Numbered from the stretch's first letter, positions 1 through 9,430 are shown. The stretch: DNA of 32,000 nucleotides from Umezakia ovalisporum Ak1311 (GCF_029891685.1 NZ_JANQDJ010000081.1:1-32000); one strand, 5' to 3'. Translations and numbers: made by a program. The notes: a model not told the origin generated them from the sequence alone.

Positions 1-53
1 CAGCCAATATTATTCGTAAAGTAGCGATGATGTTTAAGTTTGACTTAACCGGA

Positions 54-100
54 ATCAGTAGAGGTTGTTTAAGTCAACCTAAGAAAGTTCTTTTATGGAA
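54..100. repeat. Dispersed 47-nt repeat, copy 1. It contains the hairpin GGTTG-TTTAAGT-CAACC and lies upstream of tnpA.
   Basis: 37/47 identity, including a 15-nt exact core GGTTGTTTAAGTCAA, with 12132-12178. An adjacent imperfect palindrome GTTTAAGTTTGACTTAAC lies at about 32-49. Confidence 0.6.
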
Positions 101-383
101 TATTCAGAAATCCCCGTGTCTTTAGACCGGGGAAGCTTAAAGTTACTAAACTATTTAATTCCAAATCAATTCCTGATTCTGACCCTCAGTAGGTCTAACA
201 TCAATAATATTTCCATAGGCCCGTGGTATTATACTACTTACCGCTATATGTTATCAATCAGAAGTGCTGAATCCTGCAATAAAAATTTACAATTTTTGCG
301 TTTTACCCAGATAAAGTTCATTGTCTATTAAGAATAGAGTCATTAATTGCTCAAATTTTGTATCACCGACGCACAATTTGGAA

Positions 384-411
384 AGTCAACAGTCAACAGT
401 CAACAGTCAAC
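384..411. repeat. Heptamer tandem repeat (AGTCAAC)x4, which is CAACAGT in another phase (STRR-type).
   Basis: Four perfect 7-nt units can be read directly. The CAACAGT heptamer matches a short tandemly repeated repetitive (STRR) family known from heterocystous cyanobacteria. Confidence 0.85.
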
Positions 412-422
412 GTTGTCAATAT

Positions 423-848
423 ATGTACCATCGTGGTTTTAGGTCTGTTTATCGGCTTAACGCTCATATTATTTTAGTTGTCAAGTACCGCAAAGAAGCT
501 ATTAATACAGAAATACTCAACAGGTTAAAAGAAATAATCATGGATACCCTTAAAAAATGGGACTGTGAATTACTAGAATTTAACGGTGAACCAGACCATG
601 TACATTTATTAATTGACTACAAACCAGACAAACCACTTTCAACACTAATTGGAAATATTAAAACAGTGAGTAGTAGATTAATTCGTAAAGAGTTCCCTTG
701 GTTGGCTAAAAAATACTTCTACAACAAGCCTTATTTTTGGACTGGTGCCTATTTCGTGGCTAGTTCCGGTGGTGTCACCGTTGAAGAGTTGAAAAATTAC
801 GTTGAAAACCAAGAACAACCAAAAAGTCCCAATTCATCATCCCCTTAA
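423..848 (+). CDS. tnpA: IS200/IS605-family Y1 (HUH) transposase TnpA
   Basis: HUH motif in PDHVHLLIDY, the KYRK motif, and a C-terminal ...YFVASSGGVTVEELKNYVENQ with the catalytic Tyr. The start is moved to the internal ATG at 423 (MYHRGF...) because the upstream part of the ORF runs through the heptamer repeat. No tnpB follows. Confidence 0.85.
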   Translation: MYHRGFRSVYRLNAHIILVVKYRKEAINTEILNRLKEIIMDTLKKWDCELLEFNGEPDHVHLLIDYKPDKPLSTLIGNIKTVSSRLIRKEFPWLAKKYFYNKPYFWTGAYFVASSGGVTVEELKNYVENQEQPKSPNSSSP

Positions 849-921
849 TTCTCACCAGAGTAACGTGAGTCCTTTTGCTCCTTTAACATAGAGATTGTAG
901 TTTTGTATATCTTTTTGTTAT

Positions 922-1308
922 ATGGATATCATTCAAATTCTCACACAAGATTATCACAGATTTCCTGCCAATCAAACCTACAGCATTTACGATGAAAACG
1001 TTTATTTTCAAGACCCATTAACTAAGTTTCGGGGAGTTAAGCGCTATGAGCAGATGATTAAATTCATCCAAACATGGTTTATCAATCCCCACATGGACCT
1101 ACATGACATTCAACGTTCACAAGACACCATAAAAACTGAGTGGACCCTTAGTTGGAATACACCCCTCCCATGGAAACCCCGCATTTCCATTTCTGGCTGG
1201 AGTGAATTAAGTCTTAACTCTGATAATTTCATCATCTCCCACATTGATTACTGGTATTGTTCACCCCTAGAAGTAATCAAACAGCATTTTTTTGCCATCA
1301 GGACTTAG
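922..1308 (+). CDS. Conserved cyanobacterial/plant-type DUF2358 (NTF2-like) protein
   Basis: 128-aa ORF whose motif IYDENVYFQDPLTKFRGVKRYEQM resembles the DUF2358 family as I remember it. Confidence 0.55.
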   Translation: MDIIQILTQDYHRFPANQTYSIYDENVYFQDPLTKFRGVKRYEQMIKFIQTWFINPHMDLHDIQRSQDTIKTEWTLSWNTPLPWKPRISISGWSELSLNSDNFIISHIDYWYCSPLEVIKQHFFAIRT

Positions 1309-1390
1309 ACAAAAAACACTGACCTATTTTCTGCAAACAGTTGATAATGTAAATAAATGTAAATAATCCTGAGACAGGACGTAATCATCC

Positions 1391-2578
1391 ATGCGCGTAA
1401 TTTTGATGACAGGCAAAGGCGGCGTAGGCAAAACCTCCGTTGCTGCGGCCACTGGACTTCGTTGTGCAGAACTGGGCTACCGCACACTGGTTTTGAGTAC
1501 AGACCCCGCTCATTCTTTGGCAGATAGTTTTGACCTAGAAATGGGACATGCACCCCGAGCAATTCGCTCAAATTTGTGGGGTGCAGAACTCGATGCACTC
1601 CAAGAACTAGAGGGAAATTGGGGTGCTGTGAAGCGCTACATCACCCAAGTCTTACAAGCAAGGGGTTTAGAAGGAGTTCAAGCAGAAGAATTAGCAATCT
1701 TACCAGGTATGGATGAGATTTTTGGCTTGGTCAGGATGAAACGCCATTACGACGAAGGCGACTTTGATGTTTTGATTATCGACTCAGCACCCACCGGAAC
1801 AGCATTACGTCTGTTGAGTTTGCCCGAAATAGGTGGTTGGTATATGCGGCGTTTTTACAAACCATTTCAAAACATCTCGGTGGCGCTACGACCATTGGTA
1901 GAACCTATTTTTAGACCAATTGCGGGGTTTTCCCTCCCAGATAAAGAAGTCATGGATGCACCTTATGAGTTTTACGAGCAAATTGAAGCTCTAGAAAAAG
2001 TATTAACCGACAACACTCAAACCTCAGTGCGCCTGGTCACTAACCCCGAAAAAATGGTAATTAAAGAATCTCTCCGCGCCCATGCTTATCTGAGTTTATA
2101 TAATGTGGCAACAGATTTAGTCATAGCTAATCGCATTATTCCCCAGGAAGTTCAAGATCCCTTTTTCCAACGTTGGAAGGAAAACCAGCAGCAATATCGC
2201 CAGGAAATACATGAAAACTTTTTACCTTTACCTGTGAAAGAAGTACCGCTTTTTTCTGAGGAAATGTGCGGTTTAGCCTCCTTGGAACGTCTGAAAGAAA
2301 CTCTTTACAAAGATGAAGACCCCACCCAGATATATTACAAAGAAACAACTATTAGAGTTGTGGAGGAGCAAAACCAATATAGTTTGGAACTTTACTTACC
2401 TGGTATTCCTAAGAACCAAGTTCAATTAAGTAAAACCGGTGATGAATTAAATATCACTATTGGTAACCACCGCCGCAATCTAGTCTTGCCACAAGCTTTA
2501 GCTGCACTGCAACCAGGGGGGGCGAAGATGGAAAATGACTATTTGAAAATTCGCTTTACTAACAATATCAAAGTTTAA
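1391..2578 (+). CDS. ArsA/Get3-family ATPase with a C-terminal HSP20-like domain
   Basis: Deviant Walker [10 protein letters not shown], the motif [11 protein letters not shown], and DSAPTG. The C-terminal ~80 aa (YSLELYLPG...LKIRF) is alpha-crystallin/ArsA_HSP20-like. Confidence 0.85.
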   Translation: MRVILMTGKGGVGKTSVAAATGLRCAELGYRTLVLSTDPAHSLADSFDLEMGHAPRAIRSNLWGAELDALQELEGNWGAVKRYITQVLQARGLEGVQAEELAILPGMDEIFGLVRMKRHYDEGDFDVLIIDSAPTGTALRLLSLPEIGGWYMRRFYKPFQNISVALRPLVEPIFRPIAGFSLPDKEVMDAPYEFYEQIEALEKVLTDNTQTSVRLVTNPEKMVIKESLRAHAYLSLYNVATDLVIANRIIPQEVQDPFFQRWKENQQQYRQEIHENFLPLPVKEVPLFSEEMCGLASLERLKETLYKDEDPTQIYYKETTIRVVEEQNQYSLELYLPGIPKNQVQLSKTGDELNITIGNHRRNLVLPQALAALQPGGAKMENDYLKIRFTNNIKV

Positions 2579-2590
2579 TTTCCGGTAATT

Positions 2591-2784
2591 AATTAGACCT
2601 TGGTCAATAAAAGTGAAACCGTGAGGTATCCAGGGTGTCAAAGCTCACAAAAGTAAAAAAAGTGCAAGGAATAAGAGTGTCAAAATCAAAAGCTACCCAC
2701 CCATTGATGACCAGAAATCCTCAAAATCCTCCTCCTTGCCCTTTCTCCTGTCCTCACAAATAACTTTTTCACCAAGGCCTAATT
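2591..2784. repeat. 194-bp MITE-like element, or long hairpin, bounded by ~24-bp imperfect terminal inverted repeats
   Basis: AATTAGACCTTGGTCAATAAAAGTG (2591-) compared with the reverse complement of 2761-2784 (AATTAGGCCTTGGTGAAAAAGTTA) gives 20/24 matches. It lies between the convergent 3' ends of the ArsA-like gene and dnaN. Confidence 0.45.
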
Positions 2785-2788
2785 GCTC

Positions 2789-3952
2789 CTAGTTTCTCAG
2801 TTGCACCGGCATAGCTAAATAAGTCATATTCAAACCTCCCAGAGGTTTGAAAATTACCGGGGTGAGGGCTTGATTCAGTTGCATTTTAACTTCTGAGGTT
2901 GGTAATTCTTTTAACCCTTCCATTAAATATTTAATGTTAAAAGCAATTTCTATATCTTCCCCAGATATTTGGGCAGGTATTGATTCTCTACCACTACCTA
3001 CATCTTGAGCTTCACATGATAAGGTAACTTCTTGGGCGGCGCTGTTAATGCTGACTTTAACAATATTATTTTTCTGGTCGGCTAGTACAGCTATGCGCTC
3101 TAAGGTGCTAACTAATTGTTTGCGCTCAATTGTCAATTCGCGCTCAAATTGCCGGGGAATCAGTTGGCGATAAGCGGGGTATTGACCGTCTAAAGTCCGG
3201 CTGGTTAAGCGTTGATTTTGCCATGCAAATACAACTTGACCTTGATCTAAATATAAAGCGATAGCTTCATCTGAGGCAAGATTATGACCTAACATCCGTT
3301 GCAATTCCCGTAGAGCCCTAGCTGGAACTGTCACCTCTAGTTGATCACTTTCATTTAAAGGACCCTCGTTGGTAGTTTCTACCACCGCTAGGCGATGTCC
3401 GTCTGTGGCAGCAAATTCTAGAGTATCTTGTTTAACTGTTAAATGCACTCCAGTTAGTACTTGTTTGGTTTCATCACCACTGGTAGCAAATAATGAACCT
3501 TTTAATCCGGCAATTAATGCGGCTGTGGTTAATTGAATGGGTTCAGAATTCCTAATTATCGGCAATTCGGGGAATTCCTCTGCTCCCATTGCTCGTACTT
3601 GATAATGTCCACTTTTGGGTGTGAGGTTGACAACTAAACCTTCTCCTGTGGCTGTTTCTGACTCTAGAGCTGATTGATCGTCTAAAGTGACTTCTCCTTC
3701 TGGAAGGCGTGAGGTAATGTCTACAAGCAGTTTAGCTGGTAAAGCGATCGCTCCCCCTTCTAAAACTTCAGCCTCAAAACTGGTACGAATACCCAAACTG
3801 AGATCAAAGGCTGTTAAGCTGACTTGGTTGGTTTCCCCATCTGCTTGTAGCAACACATTAGCCAACACTGGATGAGTTGGGCGTGATGGTACCGCACGAC
3901 TAACGAGTGAAAGGTTGTTACTGAGATTGCTTTGGGTGCAAACTAATTTCAT
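2789..3952 (-). CDS. dnaN: DNA polymerase III beta sliding clamp
   Basis: 387 aa. The N-terminus MKLVCTQSNLSNNLSLVSRAVPSRPTHPVLANVLL is typical of DnaN, and the length and three-domain layout fit. Confidence 0.95.
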   Translation of the reverse strand: MKLVCTQSNLSNNLSLVSRAVPSRPTHPVLANVLLQADGETNQVSLTAFDLSLGIRTSFEAEVLEGGAIALPAKLLVDITSRLPEGEVTLDDQSALESETATGEGLVVNLTPKSGHYQVRAMGAEEFPELPIIRNSEPIQLTTAALIAGLKGSLFATSGDETKQVLTGVHLTVKQDTLEFAATDGHRLAVVETTNEGPLNESDQLEVTVPARALRELQRMLGHNLASDEAIALYLDQGQVVFAWQNQRLTSRTLDGQYPAYRQLIPRQFERELTIERKQLVSTLERIAVLADQKNNIVKVSINSAAQEVTLSCEAQDVGSGRESIPAQISGEDIEIAFNIKYLMEGLKELPTSEVKMQLNQALTPVIFKPLGGLNMTYLAMPVQLRN

Positions 3953-4002
3953 AAGGTACTGGGTTGTTTTTTATTAATCGAAATTGATTTGAAGACTTCA
4001 GT

Positions 4003-4244
4003 TGTGGAAATTGTGGAAAACTCCCCACAAGTGAGCTCAAAGATATAGTTGAGCAAGTTACTATTTGTGGAAAACTTGTGGAAAACTACGCTATTTTTTC
4101 CACAGGCCAATTGGATTTCACTCAGTTTTTCCCCAAAAAAATAATATTGTTCCACATATTAATTTAAAATTAATCATTTTTTATACTTTCCTTAATATTT
4201 TGGTTGCACAGCTCAATAGTTATTGCAGTGATGGTTGTGGAAAA
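4003..4244. promoter_or_regulatory. DnaA-box cluster, putative oriC, in the dnaA-dnaN intergenic region
   Basis: Perfect TTTTCCACA boxes in either orientation at 4012-4020, 4066-4074, 4077-4085, 4096-4104 and 4236-4244. ATTTCCACA lies at 4003-4011. One-mismatch boxes lie at 4137-4145 and 4158-4166. An AT-rich stretch at 4166-4200 is a possible unwinding element. Confidence 0.8.
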
Positions 4245-4295
4245 CAATTTTTTGCCCTAGAAAGGATTTTAGAGAGAAATTAGCGCCGCGTAAAT

Positions 4296-5675
4296 TTAGT
4301 AATGCTTTTCCTTGCTATTCATGTTAATGCGATCGCTCAATTGACTCAGGGTTTGTGCTAAATTCCCATCGCTTTCTCGAAGTTGAGCAATTTTATCACA
4401 ACTATAAATAACCGTTGTGTGGTCTTTCCCACCAAATTCATCACCAATCCTCGGTAAACTCAGATCAGTATGTTGGCGCATGAGATACATTCCTATTTGA
4501 CGAGCCCAACTGATTTCTCTGCGCCGGGAGTTACTTTTCAAATCTTCAATTGATATGGAAAAAGCATCAGCAATGACGGATAAAATCACCCCTGGGGTGG
4601 CGGCTACCTTCTCCGTTTGTCTTTCTAAAACTGGTGTGATATTTTCCACCGTCATAGGTAAACCCCAAATAGAAATATAAGCGAGTGCGCGAATTAAAGC
4701 TCCTTCCAACTCCCGAATATTAGAAGTGTAATTAGAAGCAATATACTCAATTACATCTTTAGGGAGGCGAATATTTTCGTATTCAGCCTTTTTTTGCAAA
4801 ATTGCCATTCTAGTTTCTAAATCTGGAGTTTGCACATCAGCAATCAAACCCATAGAAAAGCGGGAACACAGACGTTCTTGTAACTGAGGAATGTGCTTGG
4901 GAGGACGGTCCGAAGCTATGACAACTTGTTTGCCGGCTTCATGTAAAGCATTAAAAGTATGAAAAAATTCTTCTTGGGTATACTCCTTCCCCTCAATAAA
5001 CTGAATATCATCTACCAACAAAACATCAGCAGCGCGGTAATGCTCCCGGAAACTTTGCATACTATCATTACGGATAGCTGTAATTAAGTCGTTAGTAAAT
5101 TGCTCCGTAGAGACATAAAATACTTTAGACCTTGGGCAAATTTCCCAACGATAATGACCAATAGCCTGCATCAAGTGAGTTTTGCCCAAACCAACACCAC
5201 CGCACAAAAATAAAGGATTAAATTCTCTCCCCGGAGACTCTGCAACAGCCAAAGAAGCTGCGTGAGCCATGCGATTGTTAGCACCAACTACAAATCGGGA
5301 AAATACATATTTAGGGTTTAACTCTGTAGTGGGGTGGTGTTTTGGCGCAACAGTTTCAGCAGTCACGCTGTGACCGGGTAATTGCCAAGACACCTCTGAT
5401 TCCCTGAAATTAGTAACTTCATCACCTTGAGAAACTGTAATGTGTATTTCCACCGGATGACCCAAAATATCTTGCACTGCATTGGCAATGGTATTGATGT
5501 AATATTTTTGTAACCAATTACGAGCAAAAGGATTAGGAGTATTTATCACCAAGCAATTATTTTCCAGTCCCTCGGCCTTAGCAGTTTTGATCCAAGTTTC
5601 AAAGGTAGGGCGGGATAACTCCAACTGTAATCGCTCCAGCACCTGACTCCACAGACTGTCAATGGGAATTGCCAT
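4296..5675 (-). CDS. dnaA: Chromosomal replication initiator protein DnaA
   Basis: 459 aa. Walker [11 protein letters not shown], an AAA+ core, and a C-terminal DNA-binding region ...[15 protein letters not shown]. Confidence 0.95.
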   Translation of the reverse strand: MAIPIDSLWSQVLERLQLELSRPTFETWIKTAKAEGLENNCLVINTPNPFARNWLQKYYINTIANAVQDILGHPVEIHITVSQGDEVTNFRESEVSWQLPGHSVTAETVAPKHHPTTELNPKYVFSRFVVGANNRMAHAASLAVAESPGREFNPLFLCGGVGLGKTHLMQAIGHYRWEICPRSKVFYVSTEQFTNDLITAIRNDSMQSFREHYRAADVLLVDDIQFIEGKEYTQEEFFHTFNALHEAGKQVVIASDRPPKHIPQLQERLCSRFSMGLIADVQTPDLETRMAILQKKAEYENIRLPKDVIEYIASNYTSNIRELEGALIRALAYISIWGLPMTVENITPVLERQTEKVAATPGVILSVIADAFSISIEDLKSNSRRREISWARQIGMYLMRQHTDLSLPRIGDEFGGKDHTTVIYSCDKIAQLRESDGNLAQTLSQLSDRINMNSKEKHY

Positions 5676-5861
5676 TATTTATCACCTTTGCTACTAATCC
5701 TCACAATGGAAGATGCGAGAAAGCACTAATTTAGTATTTATTAAAAAAATAGAGCAAGGCAAAACCACCGAGATAAAGTATCGGAGCGTGGCCAAGATAC
5801 CCCATTATACTTTAGTCCGTAGACCTAGACCAGGGCAAAGCTTCTTTAGATTCAGAGTCCA

Positions 5862-5969
5862 TCAGGTACTGTCATAATGTCCTTGTTCTTCAACGTATTT
5901 TTTAACAGCCTCACTGCTAACATTACCAGAAGTACAAGGTAAATAAGAGCTTGTCCATAGAATAAGCAA
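5862..5969 (-). pseudogene. 3' remnant of an IS200/IS605 tnpA (last ~35 codons plus the stop)
   Basis: The minus-strand translation LLILWTSSYLPCTSGNVSSEAVKKYVEEQGHYDST* aligns with the C-terminus of the intact TnpA at 423-848 (PYFWTGAYFVASSGGVTVEELKNYVENQ). The reading frame is broken upstream by a stop at about 5976. Confidence 0.6.
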
Positions 5970-7430
5970 TTTTACTTAATGTTTAAGATACCCTTCCTCT
6001 GTAACTTTTGGACAATAAAGAATATAATATTTAAAACAGAAAACCCTAAAAGGTAAGTAGGGCAATGGATGTAGAATTACAAATCCTCAAACATTTGGCA
6101 AGAGATCCCCACCCAACAGTTGCAATCATAGATGAATATTGTGCAGAGTATAAAGAGCTATTTAAAGAAGTAAGGAATTATGAATGCTTCAAATATTTAC
6201 ACCTGGGGATCATATCAAAGATAAAAAGAAAATCCTTACCAGAGATAGCGAAGGTAGTGAGTATAAATTCCGCACAATCATTACACCATTTTTTAGCAAA
6301 TTCAGATTGGTCAGTAGAGAAATTAAAACAAAGAAGATTAAATAATTTGAAAAAACAATTAAATGGTCGTGCCATTACATTAGTAATAGATGAAACAGGA
6401 GATAGGAAGAAAGGTAAAAAAACAGATTATGTAGCTAGACAATATTTAGGAAGTCTAGGAAAAGTAGATAATGGAATAGTTTCAGTCAACGCCTATGGAG
6501 TTTACGATAACATAACTTTTCCATTAATATTCAAAGTATTTAAACCAAAAGAAACACTAAAGGACTCAGATAAATATAAAACTAAGATAGAATTAGCATC
6601 AGAAATAATTACAGAATTAATCGAGTTTGGCTTTACTATTAACTTACTATTGGCAGATGGTTTATATGGTGAAAGTAGCCAATTTCTGAAAAAAATAGCC
6701 GAATATAAATTAGGTTATGTAGTCTCAATTAAAAGTAATCATGCAGTGTGGCTACCACCAGAACAAACTATTAGGGCTAATAAGTGGTGTAAATTTGACA
6801 TAACATTTAGCAATCAAAAATCAGAGACAAGATATATTAGGGAAGTAATTTATGGTAAAAAAAGAGCCACAACTTACTGGGAAATAACTACTAACCCAGA
6901 AACCATGGCGGAAAATTCTACCTCCTTTGTAATGACCAATCTTCAAGGGAATTTGAAGAAGACTTTAGGGGACTTATATACATTAAGAACCTGGGTTGAA
7001 TATGGGTTTAGACAGTGTAAACAGGAACTAGGCTGGACAGATTATCGTTTCACTAGTTTCCTACATATTGAGAGATGGTGGGAGATTATTTTTAGTGTTT
7101 ATACAATGATTAGTTTAAATTCTCCAGTGTTTTTAGGCTTCAATGAATCTCGTCAACTTGACACTGACCCCCAAAAAAATAGTGATGTTGATTTTTCTAA
7201 TCATCCACAATGGAATCATGACTCTGGATGGAAGAATACTTTAAATAATCTGCGTCTTATTATCCAACCACTTTTATTATTTTGGTTAATTTATCCCTGG
7301 TTAACTATTTCCCCCAATTCACATTTGTTACCGGGATTCCATCATTTAATTACCGCAATAAATCAATTTAAACCCTGTTATGCTTCTGGATGATTTAGCT
7401 TCTTTACTACTTTCTTATTCCCGAATAAGA
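5970..7430 (+). mobile_element. IS701-like (IS4-superfamily) insertion sequence, ends approximate
   Basis: Contains the DDE transposase ORF at 6065-7393. The left limit is inferred from where the tnpA remnant is truncated. Only weak terminal inverted repeats were seen (GAATAAG at 5961-5967 versus CTTATTC at 7414-7420), so the ends are not resolved. Confidence 0.5.
6065..7393 (+). CDS. IS701-like DDE transposase
   Basis: 442 aa. The DDE triad contexts are LVIDETGDRKKG, LLADGLYGES and RTWVEYGFRQCKQELGW, which is typical of the IS701/IS4 group. Confidence 0.8.
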   Translation: MDVELQILKHLARDPHPTVAIIDEYCAEYKELFKEVRNYECFKYLHLGIISKIKRKSLPEIAKVVSINSAQSLHHFLANSDWSVEKLKQRRLNNLKKQLNGRAITLVIDETGDRKKGKKTDYVARQYLGSLGKVDNGIVSVNAYGVYDNITFPLIFKVFKPKETLKDSDKYKTKIELASEIITELIEFGFTINLLLADGLYGESSQFLKKIAEYKLGYVVSIKSNHAVWLPPEQTIRANKWCKFDITFSNQKSETRYIREVIYGKKRATTYWEITTNPETMAENSTSFVMTNLQGNLKKTLGDLYTLRTWVEYGFRQCKQELGWTDYRFTSFLHIERWWEIIFSVYTMISLNSPVFLGFNESRQLDTDPQKNSDVDFSNHPQWNHDSGWKNTLNNLRLIIQPLLLFWLIYPWLTISPNSHLLPGFHHLITAINQFKPCYASG

Positions 7431-7473
7431 CTTCTGGATAGTCACTAGATTTAATACTGATAAAAACTAAATC

Positions 7474-8007
7474 ATGCCTGAATTAATGCCAATCATTCAA
7501 TTGGGTAACCCTGTACTTCGTCAAAAAGCAACTTGGGTTGACAATATTCACAACCAACACATTCAACAGCTCATTGACAACTTAACTGTAACAGTTGCTC
7601 AAGCCAACGGTGTGGGAATTGCAGCTCCTCAAGTAGCCGCATCCCATCGTTTATTTATCGTGGCTTCCCGCCCTAATCTTAGGTATCCTAACGCTCCCTT
7701 CCTGGAGCCCACTGCCATGATTAATCCCAACATAATTGACCATTCTAGTGAAATTGTTCAAAGTTGGGAAGGTTGTTTAAGTGTTCCCGGATTGAGAGGA
7801 TTAGTACCAAGGTATCAATCAATTGTAGTGTCATACACTGACCGTTATGGCAAGTTACAAAAGCAAGAATTCACTGATTTTGTTGCTCGTATCTTTCAAC
7901 ATGAGTATGATCATCTCAACGGTGTAATGTTTGTAGATCATGTGAAAAACTATGTTGATATGCTCACGGAAGATGAATACCAAAAAATAGTCATAAATAA
8001 TACTTAA
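7474..8007 (+). CDS. def: Peptide deformylase
   Basis: All three signature motifs are present: GVGIAAPQV, EGCLSVPG and QHEYDHLNG. Confidence 0.95.
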   Translation: MPELMPIIQLGNPVLRQKATWVDNIHNQHIQQLIDNLTVTVAQANGVGIAAPQVAASHRLFIVASRPNLRYPNAPFLEPTAMINPNIIDHSSEIVQSWEGCLSVPGLRGLVPRYQSIVVSYTDRYGKLQKQEFTDFVARIFQHEYDHLNGVMFVDHVKNYVDMLTEDEYQKIVINNT

Positions 8008-8103
8008 ACCTAAAATATCTCTCAAGGAAGATACTTGACCCTGAAGCCCATGGTTATATTTAACCTATTGTTTGCCTTAGCTTCAGTGCATTTTATTGAT
8101 TAA

Positions 8104-8946
8104 ATGATAAAAGATAACAGTAGTTGCGAGTATGATTCGCAGCTTCCCAGTAATCAAGTAAACGTAAATAACTATACCAGTCAAGAAATTGCACAGTCAC
8201 AAGTGCAACTTTCTGTTCATAAATCTGTTCATAAATCTGTTCATAAATTAGAAATTGTTCACGCAACAAATGGCCGCCTCCGCATCCGTGCTACTGACGG
8301 TGATTTTAACGCCAATTTACAAACCATCAGCGAATATTTACGGCAGTACAAAGGACTGAAAGAAGTTTGTTTCCATCAGCAAACAGGTAGCTTAGTCCTT
8401 ACACTCGATGAAAACCTGCTGTCAATGTCCGAGCTGTTGAACATACTTGAACAGTTTGACATTCAACAAACACCCATCAGCAATACAGACAGCTTCCCCA
8501 GGTGGAAATCTCTGGATTTCTGGCAAAAACAATCTGTTTCGTTAATTCCTTTGCTCACAGGGTTGGCAATGACAGGAAGACTAGGGATTAGTGGTTTTAC
8601 AGCAATTCCAGTGTACATGATTACCGCCCATGCCACCCGTAGAGTGATTTCCTACATGGAACCAAAACTTTCTAGGTCTAATGTCAAAAAAGTCAGCCAA
8701 ACTTCTGTTTCTAAGAACGACCTATGTGATTATCTTCAAGCTGATTATAGTATTGTCCATGCCATACCCGGAAGAATCAGGTTTCATGTACCCCTAATTC
8801 TCCAACACAAGGCCTATGGAGAACAACTAGAGAAGTTATTAAAGGCAAATCCCCAAGTGGTCAGTGTAAGAGTAAATTATCATGCGGGATCAGTTGCCAT
8901 CACTTATCAACCTAATCAGGTCAGTGTAAGTCATGGCCTCATCTGA
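8104..8946 (+). CDS. Membrane protein with two PGRxR/HMA2-like domains, function unknown
   Basis: Two copies of the domain-start motif (HATNGRLRIRA and HAIPGRIRFHV), each followed by ...V..N...GS...Y/L. A hydrophobic segment lies between them (SLIPLLTGLAMTGRLGISGFTAIPVYMI). The start codon is uncertain. Confidence 0.6.
   Translation: MIKDNSSCEYDSQLPSNQVNVNNYTSQEIAQSQVQLSVHKSVHKSVHKLEIVHATNGRLRIRATDGDFNANLQTISEYLRQYKGLKEVCFHQQTGSLVLTLDENLLSMSELLNILEQFDIQQTPISNTDSFPRWKSLDFWQKQSVSLIPLLTGLAMTGRLGISGFTAIPVYMITAHATRRVISYMEPKLSRSNVKKVSQTSVSKNDLCDYLQADYSIVHAIPGRIRFHVPLILQHKAYGEQLEKLLKANPQVVSVRVNYHAGSVAITYQPNQVSVSHGLI
8212..8247 (+). repeat. In-frame 12-nt tandem repeat (TCTGTTCATAAA)x3 encoding (SVHK)x3
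   Basis: Three perfect 12-nt units can be read directly inside the 8104-8946 ORF. Confidence 0.9.
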
Positions 8947-9121
8947 ATTCCTTACTAGCCCCAGTGGTTAACAGTAGTTCAACTATTATTGCCCGAGTCA
9001 AGGGTTTGAATCTTGTTTTCAAACCTGGATTAAAGCAATGTATACCATCAGAAAGATGATATAACCATCCCCACCAGATTAAGCTAAAAAGCTTACATAC
9101 TCCTACTAAAGTGAATTAACT

Positions 9122-9430
9122 ATGGCACCTAAAATTCCTGATTTCGTTGAAGATGCTGGTGCTTCTGGAATTATAGTCAGCATAGGAGCGCTACTCTTGG
9201 CACCTGTCTTAATTCCTGTTGTGGCCGGAATTGGTAAACCCATAGCCAAATCATTAGTTAAAGGTGGAATTGTCGCCTACGAAAAAAGCAGAGGCGCATT
9301 TGCAGAAATGGGCGAAACATGGGAAGACATTATAGCCGAAGCAAAAGCTGAAATTGCTGAAGAAAGACAAGCACCTGCCTTTGAAGCTACTAGTACATCT
9401 GGTAGCAACACAGAAGAACATGGCGCATAA
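9122..9430 (+). CDS. Small DUF5132-like membrane-associated protein
   Basis: 102 aa. An N-terminal hydrophobic segment is followed by GKPIAKSLVKGGIVAYEKSRGAFAEMGETWEDIIAEAKAE, which resembles the DUF5132 family as I recall it. Confidence 0.55.
   Translation: MAPKIPDFVEDAGASGIIVSIGALLLAPVLIPVVAGIGKPIAKSLVKGGIVAYEKSRGAFAEMGETWEDIIAEAKAEIAEERQAPAFEATSTSGSNTEEHGA

Noticed and set aside
95-331. A 78-aa ORF upstream of tnpA, and the N-terminal extension of the tnpA ORF (321-422)
   Set aside because: The region is better explained as the IS left end or leader. The extension reads through the heptamer tandem repeat (QQSTVNSQ), and TnpA homology begins only at the Met at 423.
3949-4283. Two ORFs (3949-4155 minus, 4065-4283 plus) in the dnaA-dnaN intergenic region
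   Set aside because: They run through the DnaA-box cluster, and their odd repetitive peptides (for example CGKL/VENS) are just translations of the TGTGGAAAA repeats. There is no coding signature.
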